Of a DNA stretch of 64,000 nucleotides, positions 33,130 through 54,830 are shown piece by piece. The DNA is taken from NCBI GenBank assembly GCA_002269645.1, contig NIVC01000465.1, positions 1-64,000 on the forward strand, in the 5' to 3' direction. Below the pieces are notes generated by a model, which worked only from the letters and a program-made list of their open reading frames with translations, did not search any database and was not told where the DNA came from. The translations under genes and the position numbers were made by a program. This stretch comes from Macrostomum lignano (taxonomy: Eukaryota). Positions within the stretch are counted from its first letter, which is position 1. Each line of letters opens with the position of its first letter.

Positions 33130-34090
33130 GAGCAGAAAGAAATGAGAAGAGATAAGAGAGAAAAGATAAAAGAAGAGAAAGGAGAGATAAAAACGCAGAC
33201 GAGAGAGAAGAGAGGTGAGGGAAGAGACGAGTGACGAGGGGAGAGAGAAGAGATAAAACAAGAAAAGAGATGAGAGGAAAAAGAGAGAGGAAAGAGGTGA
33301 GACAAGAGACGAGAGAAGAGGGGGGAGAGGAGAGAGAGAGGAAAGAGGAGAGAGGAGAGAGGAGAGGATATAGTTAAGAGAAGAGAGAAAAGAATAGAGA
33401 GGAGAAGGAAGAGACGAGAGAAGAGGGGAGAGAGGAGAGAGAGAGAAGAAGAGAGAGAACGAAAAAGTAGAGAGGAGAGAGGAGAGGAGAGAGAAAAGAA
33501 AAGGGAAGAGATGAGATAAGAGATATGAAAGAGAAGAGAGATGAGGGAAGATACGAAAGAAGATAGGAGAGAGGAGAGGAGAGAGAAGACGAAAGAGTAG
33601 AGAGGAGAGAGGAGAGGAGAGAGAAAACGAAAAGTAGAGAGGAGACAGGAGAGAGGAGAGAAGAGAGAAGAGACAAGAGATAAGAGAGATGAAAGAGAAG
33701 AGAGATGGGGGAAGATATGAGAGAAGAGAGGAGAGAAGAGAGAGGAGAGACTAGGGACGAGAGAGAAGAGAGGAAACAGAAGAGACGATAGAAATTTTAA
33801 AGGATCCAAGGGACATAGGGAGAGTCAGGGAGAGGCCAGAGTTTGCCAATACATGTTTTAGAGTCAGACAGACATTGCCTGACATTCTGTGAAGTAACCC
33901 AGCCAACAATATCAATGTTTGCTTCAAATCCTAATTTTACACGAATGTGTCCATTTATGTCTACCTCTATCCTACTAACTATTAACAAGTTTTTGTTTGT
34001 GTATGACCTTAGATTTTAGAATATACATGCAAAAGTAGTTCCGGGGATTGGAATTCCCCGGGTTCAAAATCCGCGGGTTTCAACAGCTTG
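30931..34090 (+). mobile_element. Non-autonomous Helitron B (inner)
   Basis: 5' A|TCTCTAACTATAAAAATC followed by a (GTCT)n tract typical of animal non-autonomous Helitrons. 3' hairpin CCCGGGTTCAAAATCCGCGGG then CAGCTTG|T. Reverse-complement homology to Helitron A over its length. Confidence 0.85.
32103..33855 (+). mobile_element. hAT (Charlie-like) MITE with a GA-rich interior, embedded in Helitron B
   Basis: Ends CAGTGATCGGCAGACTTTT..AAAAGCCAGATA..GCGGGCCAG and GGCCAGAGTTTGCCAATACATG. The flanks TTTCGAAG / TTTTAGAG could be a decayed 8-bp TSD. Confidence 0.55.
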
Positions 34091-34172
34091 TTTTTATATG
34101 TAGAGATGCTCGCACAACTGTGTATTTAAATGGAAAACTGTTTACTGTTAAAGTAATGAAGTAAATGTCCGC

Positions 34173-34807
34173 TTAGTGAAAAACCGGTGATGCACTTTCA
34201 GCCGGTGCTTGGAGGAAGCATCTCTTGAGGTGTTTCCCATTGACACACCTGGTTAGTCCTCCTAGCCTGTACACGTTTTGACCAAGACACCTGGTCACGA
34301 TGTAGACTTGCTGAATCCAAGTGTATCGCATCTTACCACCCTGCCGATCGTCCCTGCGAAGATTGCGAAGCCTAACTCTGTCCCCTCGCTTCAGATCCTG
34401 AACCCCAGCTGCTCCCACGGTGTGACCAGCTCGCCCCTGTCACAAGACTCGACCACTGCCTTGGCAATCGGTGTGACGGGGATGTCAGCATAGTATCGTG
34501 CTGTAAAAAGGCTCACTGTGCTGTTGACACCCACGTGACTTCCTTGCGAGTGAAGGCTGCGGATCTTATCCCGTACCTCTTCCTCTGTGAAAAGTACTCT
34601 GCGATGGTCTTCAGGCCGCATTCGCTGACTGTCGTCCTTATTAGTCACCCTGTAGTAAAGCGCTCCGTCATGGATGGAGAAACGCTTGCTCTTTTCTCTA
34701 ATACGTCTTTTTAAGTTGGCCTTATCTTTGGCGTCCAATCTGGCTGGTACCTGCGTGTATTCATTGTTTAGGACGTAGAAAAATATTTGATTGAGCGAAG
34801 CCATCAA
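34173..34807 (-). pseudogene. Ginger1 transposase remnant: HHCC zinc-finger region fused out of frame to the C-terminal GPY/F-like module; DDE core absent
   Basis: Frame 1: F..HDGALYYR..LH..GSHVGVNST..RYY..AVVESCDR, resembling the GIN1/Gypsy integrase N-terminus. Frame 2: GDRVRLRNLRRDDRQGGKMRYTW..VY..VNGKHLK, resembling the integrase C-terminus. Confidence 0.8.
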
Positions 34808-35748
34808 GCTTTGAAATGCAGAAATCGACGAAAATCACACAGCACAAACCTTTCTTATCATCTGCCCAATATAAATGTTTACAGCGCTTCCCGCCACCCA
34901 TAAAATATGAGTACAAAGCTGATCTCCAAAATGTGCAAAGCCTATTGAAAGTTACGCAAGACTGCTCACACTTTGGGGTGCCAATCTCGATGTACATAGA
35001 AGTAGCTATAATTTTCATATAGAAAAGAACCGCGGAGATCCTAACACGGCGGAGACCTGTAACTCTATCTTATGTTATGGTTTCCGATCTCCGTGTGGGC
35101 GATCTTAAAATGACCCAATTTTCAGTTTGTGATCTCCGGGCCGGAGACCCTAAAACGCGGAGATCCTAAACTCTAACACCGGCAATCCAGTTGAGCCAGT
35201 CAAATGATGGCATCCAACCTTTTTTGCCAACGGTGGAGCAACTGATTTATCATGCAACATCAGCAAACATAAGTCCATCCAACAGTTTGCCAAGTTTTCA
35301 ACAATAGCTCATCATTATTCAAGCAACGATACCAATATTTGCCTAATCAGGGCACTTCTAAATGTACATTCCCGGCTGCGTACAGTGCAGTCACGTGACC
35401 TACGTCACGCCGGGGCCATTAAAAGCAATGCGTCCATAGCAATGCTTGGGCAGTATTCGGCCAACTTTCCATCAAGCAAGCCAAGTGACCCTGACCACTT
35501 CCTCAAAGTGTACGGGGTCTAACTTATCCGGTTTATCCATCAAGTTGGCATGCATGGTTCACCGTTTCTATGCCCCTTTCATGGTTAGCAACCAAATTAA
35601 TCATTTGAGCTTAGCATTTCTTTCACCAGCAAACGACAATTTAAAAAATTACAGAAACAACGAAAATCCCTGTGAAGGTCGGAGAGGTAATACGCTATCA
35701 TAACAGCGAGATAGTAGGGAGCATGTATGAGCAATGTCAGCTTTAAAA

Positions 35749-36061
35749 CATAAGTCGGCAAACCTTTTTAACTTGAGGGCTGAATGTAGAATCTAGCGCA
35801 TGACTGCGGGCCAGGGAGAGGAGAGGAAAGAAGGGAATTGAGGAGAAGCGAGAAGAGAAAGGAGAGAGGGCAGATGAGAGGAGGGTGGAGATGAGGGGAG
35901 AGAGAGACAAGAGAGGGGAGAGGAGAAAAAGAAGAAAAGGGAGCTGAGAAGCGACACAAACCCTGAGCGGACCAGATTGCCATTGCGAAGTTTCAAATGA
36001 CCCGAGAGCTCCATAGAGATGCTTCAAGGGCTGCATGTGGGCAGAAGTTCGCCGAACCCTA
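35749..36061 (+). mobile_element. Free short hAT (Charlie-like) MITE related to the Helitron passenger
   Basis: Ends CATAAGTCGGCAAACCTT and AAGTTCGCCGAACCCTA. Shares GAATC.AGC..TGCGGGCCAG plus a GA-rich tract with 32103-33855. TSD unclear. Confidence 0.5.
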
Positions 36062-36782
36062 GCTGCTAGCTGCTTTGAAAGGTGCAGAGAAAAAATCTTA
36101 GGAATCCCCATTCTACGCAAAACGATAAAATTTCATCGTCAGAGGCATAGATATTGCATTAGTGCTTCCAGCAACAAAGGCATTAAGACGCGAACTTGGC
36201 ACAGAAACGAAGCAGGCCTCCGTCAATAAAAAAGTGTTTCGAACTTCAATCTACGAGTATATTTGGCTTAAAGCAAACTTAACACGAAAAAGAAAAAAAT
36301 TCACTGCAAGAAGGCAAAGTGAGCCGCCAGTAGAGCGCGACGGGGGTTTAAAAACACCCCTGCCACCCAAAGGGGGGGGCAGGCGGCGATGTACAATCAA
36401 CGCGCTGGGCACTAAAGCCGGTTTGTGCGCTTTCGCCTCACAAACCAGTCCAATCAATTTCTTTCGTAGCAAATGATTTTGAATCAAGAGTTGCTTTGTA
36501 TATGAATAGATAGCTCAGCGCGAGATGGTTACCTAACTAGAGAATGACCGGAGGCATCCGAAAATGACTTGGCAGGGCGTCTCCGTGCATGGCTATGAGT
36601 GGCTTTGTGTGGATGGAAAATCGATCTACCATTGGCTGACTAAACCATCCCAACTTCTTCCTTTTTACATCTGCTTGTCCAGTTTCAAATCAGCACAAAA
36701 ACAACATAAAAGGGAGATCTTTTATATCTTGCCTAAGTCCCTAAAGAATTTCTTTTCTTTTGGCAATCTTACAGCTAGTAAA

Positions 36783-38039
36783 ATGTTTTCCTTTGTCACT
36801 CTCACCGATGAAAACTGCTCCTTGGCGAATGTCACCATCAACGATCCGCGAACTGTCTACAAAGGCATCTTCAAGGTAATCTTCATCTCGCTGGGGTCAA
36901 TCAATCTGGTCCTAAACACGATCAGCTTTCTGGTGTTTCTCTGGCATCGTCAGAAGGAGAGCATAGTCCGCATTCTGCTGCTATTCCTGTCGGCCACGGA
37001 GTCCCTGGCCAGTCTGGGCATGACCAGCGTCCAGACGATCCGTCTGCTCACTGATATTCTTCGTGACCGGGTGAGCTATCCGTCTGCCGCGGTTGCTAAG
37101 GCAACCATCGACTACCTGAGCGTGTCCTGGGTTATAGCCAACACCTTCCTGATGGCTCGGAACTGGTGCATCGTTCTCATTGCCGTCACTCGGTGCGAAG
37201 TTGTCCTGCGACCGTTCTCGCGTCACGGAGTTCGACGAGTGTTCAGCCACCGAACAGTTCTGATCAGCTTCATTGGCGTCCTACTGTTGAGCTGCGCTTT
37301 CGGAGTGCCGAAGGCGTTTCAAGAGAACTACGACTTCTGCTCGAGTACTGGACGCATTGTTGGCGTGCAACCGGTGGAACCCTTCAGCAACTATGCTGGG
37401 TTCTATCTCGCTTCAATGTTCTTTCAAGCAGTGCTGCCAGTGATAATTGTCGGTCTGGTTTCCGTTGCCATGACACTTGTTTTGCGACGTGAAACCAACG
37501 TTGGTAACCAGTTAATCAACGAGTCGACGAGCCAGTCTGTGGATCAGCGAACTCAGAGCAGCCAGTTGCATCGATGTCACTTCAGCAATGGTCAAGAGCT
37601 CAGGAGTAGAGCCACTCGAATGGTTCAACTGTTGCTGGTTGCTTTCGTTAGCCTGGAGATGCCGATGTTCCTCACCGTGATGGTCGGAATCCGGCTGCCC
37701 GACGAGAGCAAATTTTGGGACATCTTTATGGCCTACGCCATGGAGGTGACCAACCTGTGCTTGAACCTGGACTCCACGTGCAACTTCTTCATTTACATGA
37801 AAACGAACAGCACGTTTCGGCAGGTGCTGCTACGGAATCCGCCGACTCAGAATGGGGGCAGTCGGCACCGGCTGAGCCAGTCAGGAACTTGCCGACAAAG
37901 GCATCAAGTGCAGAGGTTGTCGGAGCAGCGAGAACGAAAGCCGGGTCGCAGTCACGCTCGGAATGCATTGGACTTTGAGATGGTTGAATTGTCAAGAATT
38001 TCCACTTCAATGAGAGAGGAAGTCAAACCGTTTGTCTGA
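36783..38039 (+). CDS. Intronless orphan class A GPCR, paralogue 3, 418 aa
   Basis: Seven amino-acid differences from paralogue 2 up to NPPTQNG, then a divergent C-tail. The upstream part of the called ORF (from 36564) is not supported by the paralogues. Confidence 0.92.
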   Translation: MFSFVTLTDENCSLANVTINDPRTVYKGIFKVIFISLGSINLVLNTISFLVFLWHRQKESIVRILLLFLSATESLASLGMTSVQTIRLLTDILRDRVSYPSAAVAKATIDYLSVSWVIANTFLMARNWCIVLIAVTRCEVVLRPFSRHGVRRVFSHRTVLISFIGVLLLSCAFGVPKAFQENYDFCSSTGRIVGVQPVEPFSNYAGFYLASMFFQAVLPVIIVGLVSVAMTLVLRRETNVGNQLINESTSQSVDQRTQSSQLHRCHFSNGQELRSRATRMVQLLLVAFVSLEMPMFLTVMVGIRLPDESKFWDIFMAYAMEVTNLCLNLDSTCNFFIYMKTNSTFRQVLLRNPPTQNGGSRHRLSQSGTCRQRHQVQRLSEQRERKPGRSHARNALDFEMVELSRISTSMREEVKPFV

Positions 38040-39474
38040 CGTGTTGAAGTTTTTATACGTTTTTGTGAATTTTCACTAAGAAATAGTAAGAAGATATTTT
38101 TTAATGAGCATGAGGCGTCATCTAGAACAATGCTCATGAACTTTTCGCACAGCGAATGTAAAAGTACTAGAAGAAAACAGTGGTCATTTGCGACGTGACG
38201 GAAACAATAGCTTTGCTGATGACCCCTGCGTGTTGAAACTGCTTTTCATGTTTTATTTAATTTCAATGACTTTAGCTTGGTCAATGACGATTACGAGTTT
38301 TAATCAATTATGAGTCATGCGTCATTCAGCTATCTCTTGTGTCTTGCAAGAAGTCTTGCGTGTTCTTAATTCTAAAAGTCGAGTTTGTTATAATTAGCCC
38401 ATAGCCGATGACTTACTACGAGTGTATGGTTATATCGACATCAACTTCGTCTATAAACCCAACTTGATTAGAGGCTTATTTCTGTCATTTTTGTTTCTGT
38501 GAAATCTGAATTATCAATTGTAACTTAGTTGTTGTTGTATGCTCTACAAACTTAATAAATACTAGCTATGCCACAAAATTTCCAGAATATGAGCGTAAAA
38601 TCAAACAAATATATTTTATTCCTCAACCGATCGGATGTACCGAAACTTTAGCAACCGTTTTTCAAATGACAAACAGTACTAATAATGCTAAACTAGAATT
38701 TTAATGAGAAAAAGCTGCTACGCAAGAGACCATGTAGAAAAATCATTCGAAATAAAATGTCGATCTCTTTCTCGAGGTAAAAATTCAAATGCCGATCGAT
38801 ATGCGGTACACTAATGATGTGCACACTGGACTAGCTACTGGAGATTTGAGCACGTTCTACAGTTTTTCCAGCCCTTTAGCTTTTCTATTTAGTCTAGACA
38901 TGCTTAAGAATTCGTCATGCCTATGATGCTATTTCCTTGACATTAAATGCTACCCTATAAATGCTTAAAACACCAAGAAAATTACCAACCAGTTAGGATT
39001 GCTTCATTATATCATCAGATAATGTACGGCAAAAATAGGAACTTAATATGGCAAAGTCTAATCACGCCTACCCGTATTAACTAGAGTTCTTTGGTAAAAA
39101 AGCTGCCTTTAAGTTTAGCTCGTAACAGTGTGAGCAGTCGGATAACGTTGACAACACGGACATCGGTAATAGTATAGGAATAAGGACCCGTTTGAAATTA
39201 AAATGAAAGTCAGAACGTCAGACTTTAACGAAAGCCAGCCGAACCTGTAGTTTTTATATCCGTGATTAAAATCATCTGGTGACACTAGAACTTGTATCGA
39301 CTTGTATCTTAATGAATATTTCACTCTTTGGATGGACTTAAAGAACAGTTTCTTCACACATATCGCTAAGCTCCATTGTTTATGCAACTGGAAGTGACAA
39401 AAACTATTGGCCGAAACCGACAGTAACAAGTTACATGCACCTAAGAATAAGACAGAAGAAGTGTTGTACCCTAA

Positions 39475-40046
39475 GCCTCGGTGATGAACTCCCGCGTTAA
39501 GCGCTGGACTGACTCCGAGCATCTCCGCAGGTGGCACGACACCCGGAATTGTAGGCAATCCCGTGCTGCCGTCCCCTGCCCCTCTCCTCTCCCGCGTAGA
39601 GCCCTCCTCAGGCTCAACCGCAGAGACCTCAGAGCAGTCAGCATGGCCCTCTCCGGGCATGGCTGCTTCTCTCGCGACCGCTTCCTTCAGGGCCAAGTTC
39701 CCGAGGAGCGGTGCCCCTTCTGCCGCTCAGGCAGTGAAAACGCCGAGCATTTTATCTGCCACTGCCCGGTTTTCACCAGGGCCAGGCTCACTCACCTGGG
39801 CCAAACCCGGTTCTCTCCGACGTTTGCAGGCCCGAGAGCATCCCGCTGCTCGCCCGGTACCTCGGGGACACGGGACGAGCTGATTTCTTCCCCACCGTCG
39901 GTGAGGAGGACCGCGCTGCAGGCGAGACCGACGGGTCCCCCTGAGCGACACCCCTCAACGGAAGTCATTAGGGCTAGCAGAATGGGCGGTCTCCTCCGCC
40001 TCCTCGCTGCATCCGCCGGACGCCCCCTGCAGCTAAGTCAAGTCAA
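39475..40046 (+). mobile_element. 5'-truncated LINE (R1/LOA-like 3' end) with a 12-bp TSD
   Basis: ORF with LNRRDLRAVSMALSGHG..CPFC..ENAEHFICHCP, the C-terminal CCHC motif of R1/LOA-group ORF2. Short (AAGTC) tail. TSD GTTGTACCCTAA at 39463-39474 and 40047-40058. Confidence 0.85.
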
Positions 40047-40235
40047 GTTGTACCCTAACCAGCACATTATGAATATTTTTCAGTACCACGTGTACCTTTT
40101 ATTTCATTCCTGAATTTACCACAGAATCAACTAGCTTCTGTCCAATGAACAAAATCCAAAAGTTAAGCAGTTCTCTTAGTTCTTTTGTTAATCAAAATAG
40201 TTCTTTTGTTAATAGTTAGTTACCTAGCTAGTTAC

Positions 40236-40685
<450 letters not shown>

Positions 40686-41289
40686 TGTGAATTTCTTGGC
40701 GATATTGGTGAGTTTTTAGCTATGAACCAGCTACTCAACTACGTCAGCTTCGTGTTTTGTCGGATTGAAGGCAAGCAGGTATAGTAATTAGATGCCATCT
40801 TCATTCGGCATCGCCTTATTTGATTAGAATAATGAAGTCCCTAGAGAAAATTATACCTCTAGTCCACCCGAGGCCGAACTAGTGAGATTCTCTACACTAT
40901 CAACTCTAATAAGCAGTTCTAAATCCAATTATTGCACCTCTATTGGCTGTTCTTAGCTCGAAAAAATCCACTTCGAATTTTAAGCAGCACACGATGATCG
41001 TCGTTAACGCAGGCGGGATTACACGTCTTTCGCAGATTAATAGTATAGTTAAGTCTTAATAGTGGGCTTTCATGATAGTCTTTTCGGACAGTCTTGACTA
41101 TAGATAGAGCTAAATCCCGTGGAAAATTGACAGTACCTCGAATTGCACGCGTAGCTACTTGTTCATTTTTTGCACGGACGCAAAAAGTGATCTAACACAG
41201 AAATAAAGACTACTTGTGTTTCTGTCCAAGTCAAATATGTCACCTACGCTCGTATTCTGGTCTTCAGAAGTCTTTTACCCCACTTATTT

Positions 41290-42250
41290 CTAATTGGAGG
41301 ATCTCTTACCCCCCGCCCTGTACACTAACTGAGGCAATTAAATCTACTTAAAAATCTCTTACCCCACTGTACATTCACTGACGCCAAGTAAAAATCTGTT
41401 ACCACATTGCACACTTACTGAGGCCAATTAAATCCACTTGAAGATCGCTTACCTCCACTCAACACTCACTAAGGCCGATTAAATCTATTTGAAGATTTCT
41501 TACCCCATTGTACACTCACTGAGGCCAAGTAAAGATCTCTTACCCAATTGTACACTTACTGAGGCCGATTAAATCTATTTGAAGATCTCTTACCCCACTG
41601 TAAACTCACTGAGGCCAAGTAAATCCACTTGAAGATCTCTTACCCCACTGTAAACTCACTGAGGCCAAGTAAATCCACTTGAAGCTCTCTTACCCCACTG
41701 TACACTCACTGAGGCCAAGTAAATCCACTTGAAGCTCTCTTACCCCACTGTACACTCACTGAGGCCAAGTAAATCCACTTGAAGATCTCTTACCCCACTG
41801 TAAACTCACTGAGGCCAAGTAAATCCACTTGAAGATCTCTTACCCCACTGTACACTCACTGAGGCCAAGTAAATCCACTTGAAGCTCTCTTACCCCACTG
41901 TACACTCACTGAGGCCAAGTAAATCCACTTGAAGATCTCTTACCCCACTGTACACTCACTGAGGCCAAGTAAATCCACTTGAAGATCTCTTACCCCACTG
42001 TACACTCACTGAGGCCAAGTAAATCCACTTGAAGATCTCTTACCCCACTGTACACTCACTGAGGCCAAGTAAATCCACTTGAAGATCTCTTACCCCACTG
42101 TACACTCACTGAGGCCAAGTAAATCCACTTGAAGCTCTCTTACCCCACTGTACACTCACTGAGGCCAAGTAAAGATCTCTTACCCAATTGTACACTTACT
42201 GAGGCCGATTAAATCCACTTGAAGATCTCTTACCCCACTGTACACTCACA
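41290..42250. repeat. 50-bp minisatellite (TTGAAGATCTCTTACCCCACTGTACACTCACTGAGGCCAAGTAAATCCAC)n
   Basis: Direct tandem repeat, degenerate on the left and homogeneous on the right. Lies ~500 bp downstream of the KATNAL2 stop. Confidence 0.97.
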
Positions 42251-42750
42251 TTTGCTAAAGGATAAACAAAACTTAAATTAAATCTAAATATAAAATATTT
42301 TCTTCAATTGTGTCTTAAAACCAAGATCTTCTAGTTCTTTGGAATTATAAGACAACAACAGTATCTAAACAGTGTAATGTACATGCACAAACATTGAGTA
42401 CGAATTTACAATTGATAAATTTTTCCTAACCAGAAATCAAAGCTCAAAGCTCGGCGGATATGTCAAGGCCAATTTTAGAGAAAGGAATTCGAAAGAAAGC
42501 AGCTTTTTACAATTCGAAAACAAATTGAGCAATGTAAACGAAATACATAAAATTAACGCATATAGGCACCAAAAAAGTTTTTTTAATAATATAAGAAACA
42601 ATATGATTAAAACATACCTTATAGTTTTCATAGATTCCCGAATATTTTACATTAGCAAAATGGGAATTCCTATATAACCTTTTTATTGTCATAAGACGTA
42701 TTCAAAAAAATTGATTAAAAAATGAAAAACAACATCTGAAAAGATTTTGA

Positions 42751-51245
<8,495 letters not shown>

Positions 51246-52539
51246 TTTATAGTCAGTTTAAGGCAAATATTTGCATAAAATTTGTAAAAACTAGGCACTT
51301 AAATTGCAAAGAGTCAAACAAGTACGTGTAAGTAGTAGGTCTGATAGTCCGCTCGAGATAACTAGCAATTAGCTAAGCTATCAGTCTTTTTGAGCTAAGC
51401 AAACTATTCACTATAGATTAAAGATACCTGGAAAACCTCAATATGTCTTTACAATAATAAATAAGAATGGATTGAGTAACAGTAGCTAGGGCCTATTTTT
51501 CTTTTGTGAGAGTAATTTATTCTGATCGTTCTGCAACATTAAAAAAGCATTTACAGTAGTTACAGTTATAACAAAGAGTCCATGCACATTTAGAGAAAAT
51601 AATTCCTAATTCTAATTGCTTATATTAATAAAACTAAATACCTATAGCATTAAAAGATCAATCTAAACTACTTCCTCTAAAGCAATATTTTTTGTTTTTT
51701 AAACAGTAAGTTTCTCACGCGCGCGCATGAATTGCTATTGCTGGCACACTGTGCGCAATTCCGTCTTTAATCTTTGACTGATTATTTCATAGGCCCTATC
51801 TAATATCTTGTATAACGTGTTCCTTGACTAGGCTTGCCTTCGCCTGCTCCCATTTTTCGTATAACAGGGTTTGTTATATAATCAATAATTCGGTTGTATT
51901 CTGTTAGTTTGTGCTCTAAATCGGATCGGACATATATAATGCTACTCCTGCCTGCCTATTATGGTTTGATCTAGGAATCTAGTTCTAGGCTAATCTAGAT
52001 TCTAATTACAAGTCTTGAGTATAGGCTTTAAAAAATATGCCCTATTTGTTTTGGAAAATTAGAAGGTCGGGTTGGTCTGGATAAAGTTCTTCAATGAGTT
52101 TTGTTTCAATTTTAGCTAGCCCTACTGAGTACAGCTAAGGCTAAGCTAACATGTAATGTAAACACTATGTAAATGAATCTCCATGCCCACTGCTCAAGTG
52201 ACCCACTGCCTACTTTGCTCCTTGGTCTTTGGGTTGTAGAAGTAGACCTACATTATAGGGTGTCCGCGACCATGCCCTCCTTTATTTCCTTTATCTCCTT
52301 TATTCTCTTTTTGGCAAACCCCTCCTTTATCTCCTTTATCTCCTTTATTTGGAAGATTTTTGGGACTTTCTCCTTTATTTTAGCTACTTCTCTTAGGCTC
52401 TTGTCCTAGGATTTTTAGCACATAATACATACTTAATATTATCAGTTTAGGGTCCTTTTAAATAATCATTTTTAAGAAGACTTTTCCAATGACTTGTATT
52501 ATTTTTCTAGATAGGGCCTAAAGTTATGTAAAAGAGCTA

Positions 52540-53234
52540 AGAGAAAAGAGGAAAGATGGGAAAGCTGAGAGAACAGAGGAAAGATAGGAGAGCTAAGAGA
52601 AGAGAGGAAAGATGAGAAAGCTGAGAGAAGAAAATAAAGATAAGAGAGCTAAGAGAAGAGAGGAAAGATTGGAAAGCTGAGAGAAGAAAGGAAAGATGAG
52701 AGATCTGAGAGAAGATAGGAAAGATGAGAGATCTGAAAGAAGAGAGGAAAGATGAGAGATCTGAGAGAAGAGAGGAAAGATGAAAGATCTGAGAAGAGAG
52801 AAGAAAAAGATGAAAGAGCAGAGAAGAAAGGAAAGAGTAATGAAAGAGTGGAGATAAGCAAGATAAGAAAGAAGAGTAGAGAGGACAAGAGAAAGGGAAG
52901 AAAAAAGAAAAGACAAAAAGAGAGAAAAGAGGAAACAGAAAAAGAGATAGAAGTTTCAGAGCACCCAAGGGACATAAAAAGATATAGAGACAAAAGGCCT
53001 GAGTTTGTTTATATAAGCCTTAGATAGACACTGCCTGTCAGTCCATGGTAATACTAACTAAGAAGATCAATGTATCCTCAAACCACAAATTTACTCCAAT
53101 TTTTATTTACCTCTATTCTAACTAAGGCCTATTAATAGGTTTTTGTTGGAGTAGGCCTATGACTTTAGATTTAAAAATATTATTCTAGTGATTGGAACTC
53201 AGTGGGTTCAAAATCTGCAGGTTATAATAGTTTT
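52540..53234 (+). mobile_element. Old 3' fragment of the same Helitron family
   Basis: GA-rich tract followed by sequence alignable to 33775-34090 (CCAAGGGACATA, GAGTTTG, ACCTCTAT.CTA.CTAA, GGGTTCAAAATC). The CpGs of the terminal hairpin are mutated. Confidence 0.75.
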
Positions 53235-54209
53235 TTTAAGCATAAACAACAAATAAGTGATGTATGTTTAGGTCTATATTGTTACATTACCAAATTAAAT
53301 CTCCTTTATTTTGGTATCAGTCAAACAGTCTCCTTTTTTTACTTGCTCAAAATCTGCGGGCACCTTGGACCTAGGCCTAGCCCTGCCCTAGATTTCATCA
53401 CCAATGTAGATGTTATCTACCAACTTTGAGCAGCCTTTGTCAAACCTGGTTGCTTGCTATAAGGTTTGCAAACTCCACACAGGCTTGTATCTGTCTATGC
53501 TGAGGTTCTTAGCAAGTAGACATGTAAAGTCAAGGTGCTATTGCAAGATCTTAATGATAGTAGAATCCAACATCCCAACAAGTTGCTCCTTGCCGATTTA
53601 TCACTTTATCACTTGTCACTTGCCAATCTTTATCTATGTGGCATTAAGTAGCAGCAACAACTTGCCCTTTGTCTTGTAAGGATAATCCAAAGTGGTTAAG
53701 CCATAGCAGAAGCATGCAAACCACCCATATACTATCAAATAGGTCCAAGGATGGTGCTTGATCCTAAAGAGCCTTACATAGCATCTAGAGGCAAGTGGCC
53801 ACTAAGCTATCTAACCAAAACTAGACCTATATTGCCATTTGCCTATTGCATTCAGTCAGCTATGCTACTGTGGCAGGTGGCAAATTTTTAGTCTAACTTT
53901 GGCTATTGAAATGTGTTGCATCATCACAACTAATTGAGCTTAAATTTTAAAAGCAAATGTAAAATATCTAACTCTTAACTGCTAGTTAGGTTTTTTTGAT
54001 TTGCACATTTTTAAGCTACATTTTCTAAGAACTGTTAAGTCCCCTTGTATCTGTCTAGCAATAGGCTAGACTCTGCCATTAGGTTCTAGTATCAACATGA
54101 CCTAGAGTATGGTTTGTTCGAAGTTTTTTCAAAGTTGTTTTAATTCTTTGCACCTAGGCATTTATTGATTGCACCTAATTTTCTTAAATCTGTATACATT
54201 CATGCTTGG

Positions 54210-54365
54210 GCGCAACCTAGGGATTCACCTGGCCGTTTCTATTGGCAACACACACACGTAAGTCGCTATTGGACAGAATAGTAGTCACGTGACTGCTCTC
54301 AGCCAATAGTGACTTACATGTGTGTGTTGCCAATAGAAACGGCCGGGTGATTCCCAGGGTTGCGC
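54210..54365. mobile_element. 156-bp palindromic MITE-like element
   Basis: Arms GCGCAACC..CTATTGG (54210-54272) and CCAATAG..GGTTGCGC (54303-54365) are reverse complements, centred near GTCACGTGAC. Confidence 0.75.
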
Positions 54366-54830
54366 ATGTATGTATACATTTCAAACAGCATAGTGTACAG
54401 ATTAAAAATAGATCTAGTTGAGTAGGCCTAACTATGTGTACATGTACATGCATATTAGAATTAGAAGTGACCTATACCTTAATGATAAAAGAGGAAATGT
54501 ATTTTTTAAATGTTATGTTAAGCCTAATTTAATGTTCATTGGAAGATAATTCATTATAATAACATAGTTTTGATTAAGTTATAAGCTAATGTTGATCATA
54601 AGGACTATTAAAAGTTAGTATTGCATAAAAATATTTTAAGTAAGTTTCTTTATTTTTAATTACTATATTTATAACCTTTTATAAAAAAAGTGTAGATAAA
54701 TGCACAAATCGATTTTTATATTAACAAGTTACTATATTTAGGCTTTTAAAACATTTTGTTCTAAAAGTTTTATATGATATTTTTTTAAAACTTCTAATGC
54801 ATTCTTTGATATTTATTTAGTATTATGCTA

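Noticed and set aside
38214-38240. CTGATGA...GAAAC hammerhead-ribozyme-like core (also 13144-13170 on the minus strand)
   Set aside because: The intervening bases cannot form stem II and no flanking stems were found.
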